Both the position numbers and the translations under genes were made by a program. This document shows, piece after piece, positions 60,472 through 64,000 of a stretch of DNA of 64,000 bases. How positions within the stretch are numbered: the stretch's first letter is position 1; each line of letters starts with the position of its first letter. The notes under the pieces are model-generated. The model saw only the letters and a list, made by a program, of their open reading frames with translations, searched no databases and had not been told where the DNA came from. The stretch comes from Azolla caroliniana (lineage: Eukaryota > Plantae > Polypodiophyta), in NCBI GenBank assembly GCA_043228905.1, contig JBHGNT010000016.1, positions 18,290,001 through 18,354,000 on the forward strand, in the 5' to 3' direction.

Positions 60472-62881
60472 TTGATGGAAGCATTTCAATCAAAGAGTTA
60501 AAACTTTAGAATTCAAAATCTAAGGATGAACAGACCTATCCATGGCAACAGTAGGATTTAGAACCATGTCCTATAGTACCAACACCTAAACCTATTGGCA
60601 TCTTGACTTGATGGAAGAATTTCAAAACCTCATAAGGAATGGTCATTGGAGCTGATATGATAATCTAAAGTGTGATGCATATTCATTTTGATGAGTGTGA
60701 TTTGAACACTTGATGGAATCATTTAATGGTCATAGGAATTGATATAGAAATCTAAAGTATGTAAAATATTCATGTCAAGAGTGGGATTTGAACCCATGCC
60801 CTTTAGGACCAACATCTAAAACTATTCTCATTACTTGATGGAAATATTTCAAAACCTCCTGTGGAATGGCCATTGAAGTTTATATGATGATGTTAAGTAA
60901 TAGGAAACATTTAAACTCTACCTTAAGGTCTACAAAATGACAAGAAACAGCTAAAAAGACCTATTCCAATGGCTTTTAGAACTTTTACAATGTCTTTGGG
61001 CCTTTTCCCATTGAGATATTTATATCTCGATTCTCTTGCCTTTGCCTTTTATTCCTGCCTTTTTTCTTCACAACACTTGTTTCAGGTATATGAAAGTGGT
61101 AAACACCCTACCAAAAACAAACTATTGTGAAGTGGATGTAACCCTTATCTACAACTGCACGTCATAAAGTATTAGGTATATTTAGTGACACAACCACAAG
61201 CCTTCTAAAAGATAGTAAGTATGTTATGACATGGTTGCCAAATATGACATCAATTACCATGGTGAACCACTAATAATCATCAATATAAATATTTCCACAT
61301 AGGCTACAACATACTCATACAAATCCAAGCACAACATGCCATATTTATTCTCCTACACACACAAACTAAGAACCAATGAACTTGTCAAAAAATATATAGC
61401 TACAAAATGTCAAAAGTATAATCACATCAATTATATCATGAACCATATTATACATTAGCTCCTTGGACAATTCGTCTACAGAGCACTCATAATGTTTTCT
61501 GGACCAACTGAAAGGTCAAATAAATTTTCGAGATACACAGATCATCATTTAGTGTATCATAGTTTTAGCCATTAAAATGTCCGCCCAAAAAAGGTTAATA
61601 CTCCAAAAAGCTGAAAAGGCACTCAGAAAGGTGACTAGCTTTCTTAGTCAACAAGCTTTCTTTTTCTGCTCTGTAATATCAAAAAACAAGTCAAATCATC
61701 TTTGTTCAGTGCCATGCAATGCACGACGACATTACACGTGGAAGGAAAGACAAGGATTGTTGTGCTAACAAGGCCTTCTGTGCTATAATGCATACAATGT
61801 AAACTTGCATTGCCTTAACAGAACAATACATTTATACTTTCTCTTATGGAAATGGCTTTACAAATTCATGTTCCATTTCTTACTTTGACATCTACCTTAC
61901 ACTTTCTGACAGGACTAGGAAAGCTTTGGTGGACCATATTTGGCCTCCGAAGGATAGTGATATATATCTAGGGAAAATCTCTAAAAATACCCTCCAGCTT
62001 CCATTATTTCCCAAAATGCCGTCTGCTTAACCCCCATTAAGCAGTTATATGTACTTTTAGAGCAATTATTTTGTTGATTTATTCATTTTTTCCATTATAT
62101 ATGCTTATTTAAGAAGGATTTAAGTCGATTCATCCCCTTTTTCAGAGTTATTCCCATACATCAATCTATTTATTTATCTCTAACAGGGATGCGTTACTAT
62201 TATTAAGATGCAAGATTAACATATGGAGCTGCAACGCTATCTAAATAAACTATTTAAAGATATAGAGTTCATTATTAGAAGTTGGTGGCAAAGCATGATC
62301 ACAGTTACAGGCTAACTAACATTATTCCAACCAAATTTCAGCTGTGATATTTGAGGGGATAAGGATTTTAATAGTTATATTTCTTTTAGGGAAAATTGCT
62401 GAAACGACCCAAAATTTTAGTGAGCTGTAAATCACGGCAGTCTAACCAAAAAAAATCTAGGCAGAATTGTCAGGTGGCACTAAGTAGTAAACTCCTACAC
62501 CTATATATTATCTCGGTCATTGGGTCTATAGCTCAGAGCCTTGCCCTGTAAGCCACATGTTTTTAGGTTAAATACTGATGCTTGCCCATAACAAGGACCT
62601 CAAATGGCAACCAGGCCAACTAAACAGAAAAGGCTAACTTCTACAGTTTTTCCAAATACACCTAATCTTTCAGAAATTTATAAGCTTACCAGTGATATTT
62701 GCCAAAAAAAAAGCTAGAATGTTATGATAAATTTAGCAATCAGCTTAATATTTGTATACTCTTGAGGTTTCGAAAAATATCAATTTGCCTGAATCATTTA
62801 TACTAGCAAGGAATTTTGCTATTCTCTTTATGTGGTGATAGAATTATCATAATTAGACTACAATTCTTTCTTGAATGATAC

Positions 62882-63100
62882 CTTGTTCATTTTGCTCTGA
62901 TCCTTCCGAGCTTGGCGCTCTTTTTCGTCTAGTTCCTGGATCTCTTTCTCAATTAAACGTATTAGGGCATCACATCGTCTAGCGAGCTCTGTCGCTGTTC
63001 GAGACTTTACGAACCAATCAAACCGAAATTGAGGAGACATTCGAAATGCAGCTTTGAGCTCATCCCAGTTACCATAACCAAGCTTATTCACCATACAAAT
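62882..63100 (-). CDS. ISWI: ISWI chromatin-remodelling ATPase (CHR11/CHR17-like), SLIDE exon
   Basis: [57 protein letters not shown] boundaries, 219 nt. Terminal exon not securely located. Confidence 0.95.
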
Positions 63101-63498
63101 CTGGAATATGCAAAAGAACAGCCTGAGCTCACCCCTTAAAACGGAATGTGGTTTAAGTCAACACAATATAATTTGACCTAGTGGTTTGAGTGCCCAGGAG
63201 TTCAACTCCCCTTCTCAGCAGTGGATAAATATATAGAAAATTCCAAAATGGTAATAAATTTTGACCCAATCATGTTTGAACTATTAAATAAAAAAATATC
63301 TAAAATTTTACCAGCTCTTAGTCTAAAACATCACAAGATTTGGAGGCACGTTGTACCTTATTTTAAAAGTTCAAGGTTATTTTTGCACAAGTGCAAACTA
63401 CACTACAGTTAAGTTTCTTCTGAAAAGTGGCTCTCACTTCTACTAATGGAAATCAACCCCTCATCAAGAGAAAAGAAAGGAAAAGGCAGGATACATAC

Positions 63499-63677
63499 CA
63501 TAAATCTATCACACTCTTCATTGTATAATTTGCCTTTGTTCTGTCCATATTGGATCTTCAAGTCTAGCCAAGCATTCTTATATCGGTCTAGTTTCTTCCC
63601 AATAACTCTCATAATCTCATCCTTGCGAGAAATTCTTGCTTCCCCTCTTTCAATATTCTTAATAATTCTGTCATAGT
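63499..63677 (-). CDS. ISWI: ISWI exon (SANT-SLIDE junction)
   Basis: DYDRIIKNIERGEARISRKDEIMRVIGKKLDRYKNAWLDLKIQYGQNKGKLYNEECDRFM. Phase-consistent AG/GT boundaries. Confidence 0.95.
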
Positions 63678-63751
63678 CTGTGACAATCCAAACACAAAAG
63701 CATGTGAATACAATTTCATGGCATTAACACAGAAAAAAGCTCGATGGATAC

Positions 63752-63917
63752 CATTTAGTTCTTTATAGCGAGCTTTGAAAACTTTGGCATATCTTTCAAC
63801 TTCTTCTTCAGTTTTTCCTTCCATTTCACTTGCAATGCTCTTGATGTCATTCCTTCCGTACTTCTCACAAGCTCTAACAAAAGTATTGAAATCTCGCCTT
63901 GTCCAAGTTGCAAAACC
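63752..63917 (-). CDS. ISWI: ISWI exon (SANT domain); gene continues beyond the window
   Basis: GFATWTRRDFNTFVRACEKYGRNDIKSIASEMEGKTEEEVERYAKVFKARYKELN. AG/GT boundaries. Confidence 0.95.
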
Positions 63918-64000
63918 CTAATAAACAAAAATTCAAGATCAAATTCAACATTTTTATCTTTTAAAAACATTTAATGATAATTTTAAAATTCAATCTCTTC

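Larger units (their letters stand above)
59505..60890 (-). repeat. Tandem array of tRNA-Leu-derived units (8 copies, higher-order period about 560-615 bp)
   Basis: tRNA 3'-half motif (g)tcaagagtgggatttgaacc and its variants at 59537, 59595, 59810, 59936, 60160, 60393, 60544 and 60774, with shared flanks. Confidence 0.85.

Noticed and set aside
61860-61970. Candidate terminal exon of ISWI
   Set aside because: An AG acceptor and short open frame exist, but there is no recognisable conservation.
63170-63220. A-box/B-box-like words in the ISWI intron
   Set aside because: Spacing is too short and there is no tRNA fold.

Overview
AT-rich eukaryotic DNA, most likely a land-plant nuclear genome. 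The TE-filled long intron, Tcn1-type chromovirus, RTEX-like LINE and PLS-type PPR remnant suggest a fern or other non-seed plant (inference). Host genes are a 5-exon plant/fungal atypical dual-specificity phosphatase (PFA-DSP/Siw14 family, + strand, about 10575-19924, 7 kb intron), 3'-terminal exons of an ISWI (CHR11/CHR17-type) remodeller (- strand, 62882-63917), and a tRNA-Leu(CAG) inside a tandem array of degenerate tRNA-Leu copies (59.5-60.9 kb). Most of the rest is transposon-derived, and about 24.3-56.3 kb is a multi-layer nest. It holds a full-length 15.2 kb Athila-like Ty3/gypsy element with large extra 3' ORFs and a solo LTR inside it. It also holds a full-length 5.6 kb Tcn1-like chromovirus with a self-priming PBS, a predicted -1 frameshift signal and a tRNA-like Pol III cassette in both LTRs. 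Copia and LINE fragments and hAT-type MITEs make up the remainder. All coordinates were read by eye; no searches were run.
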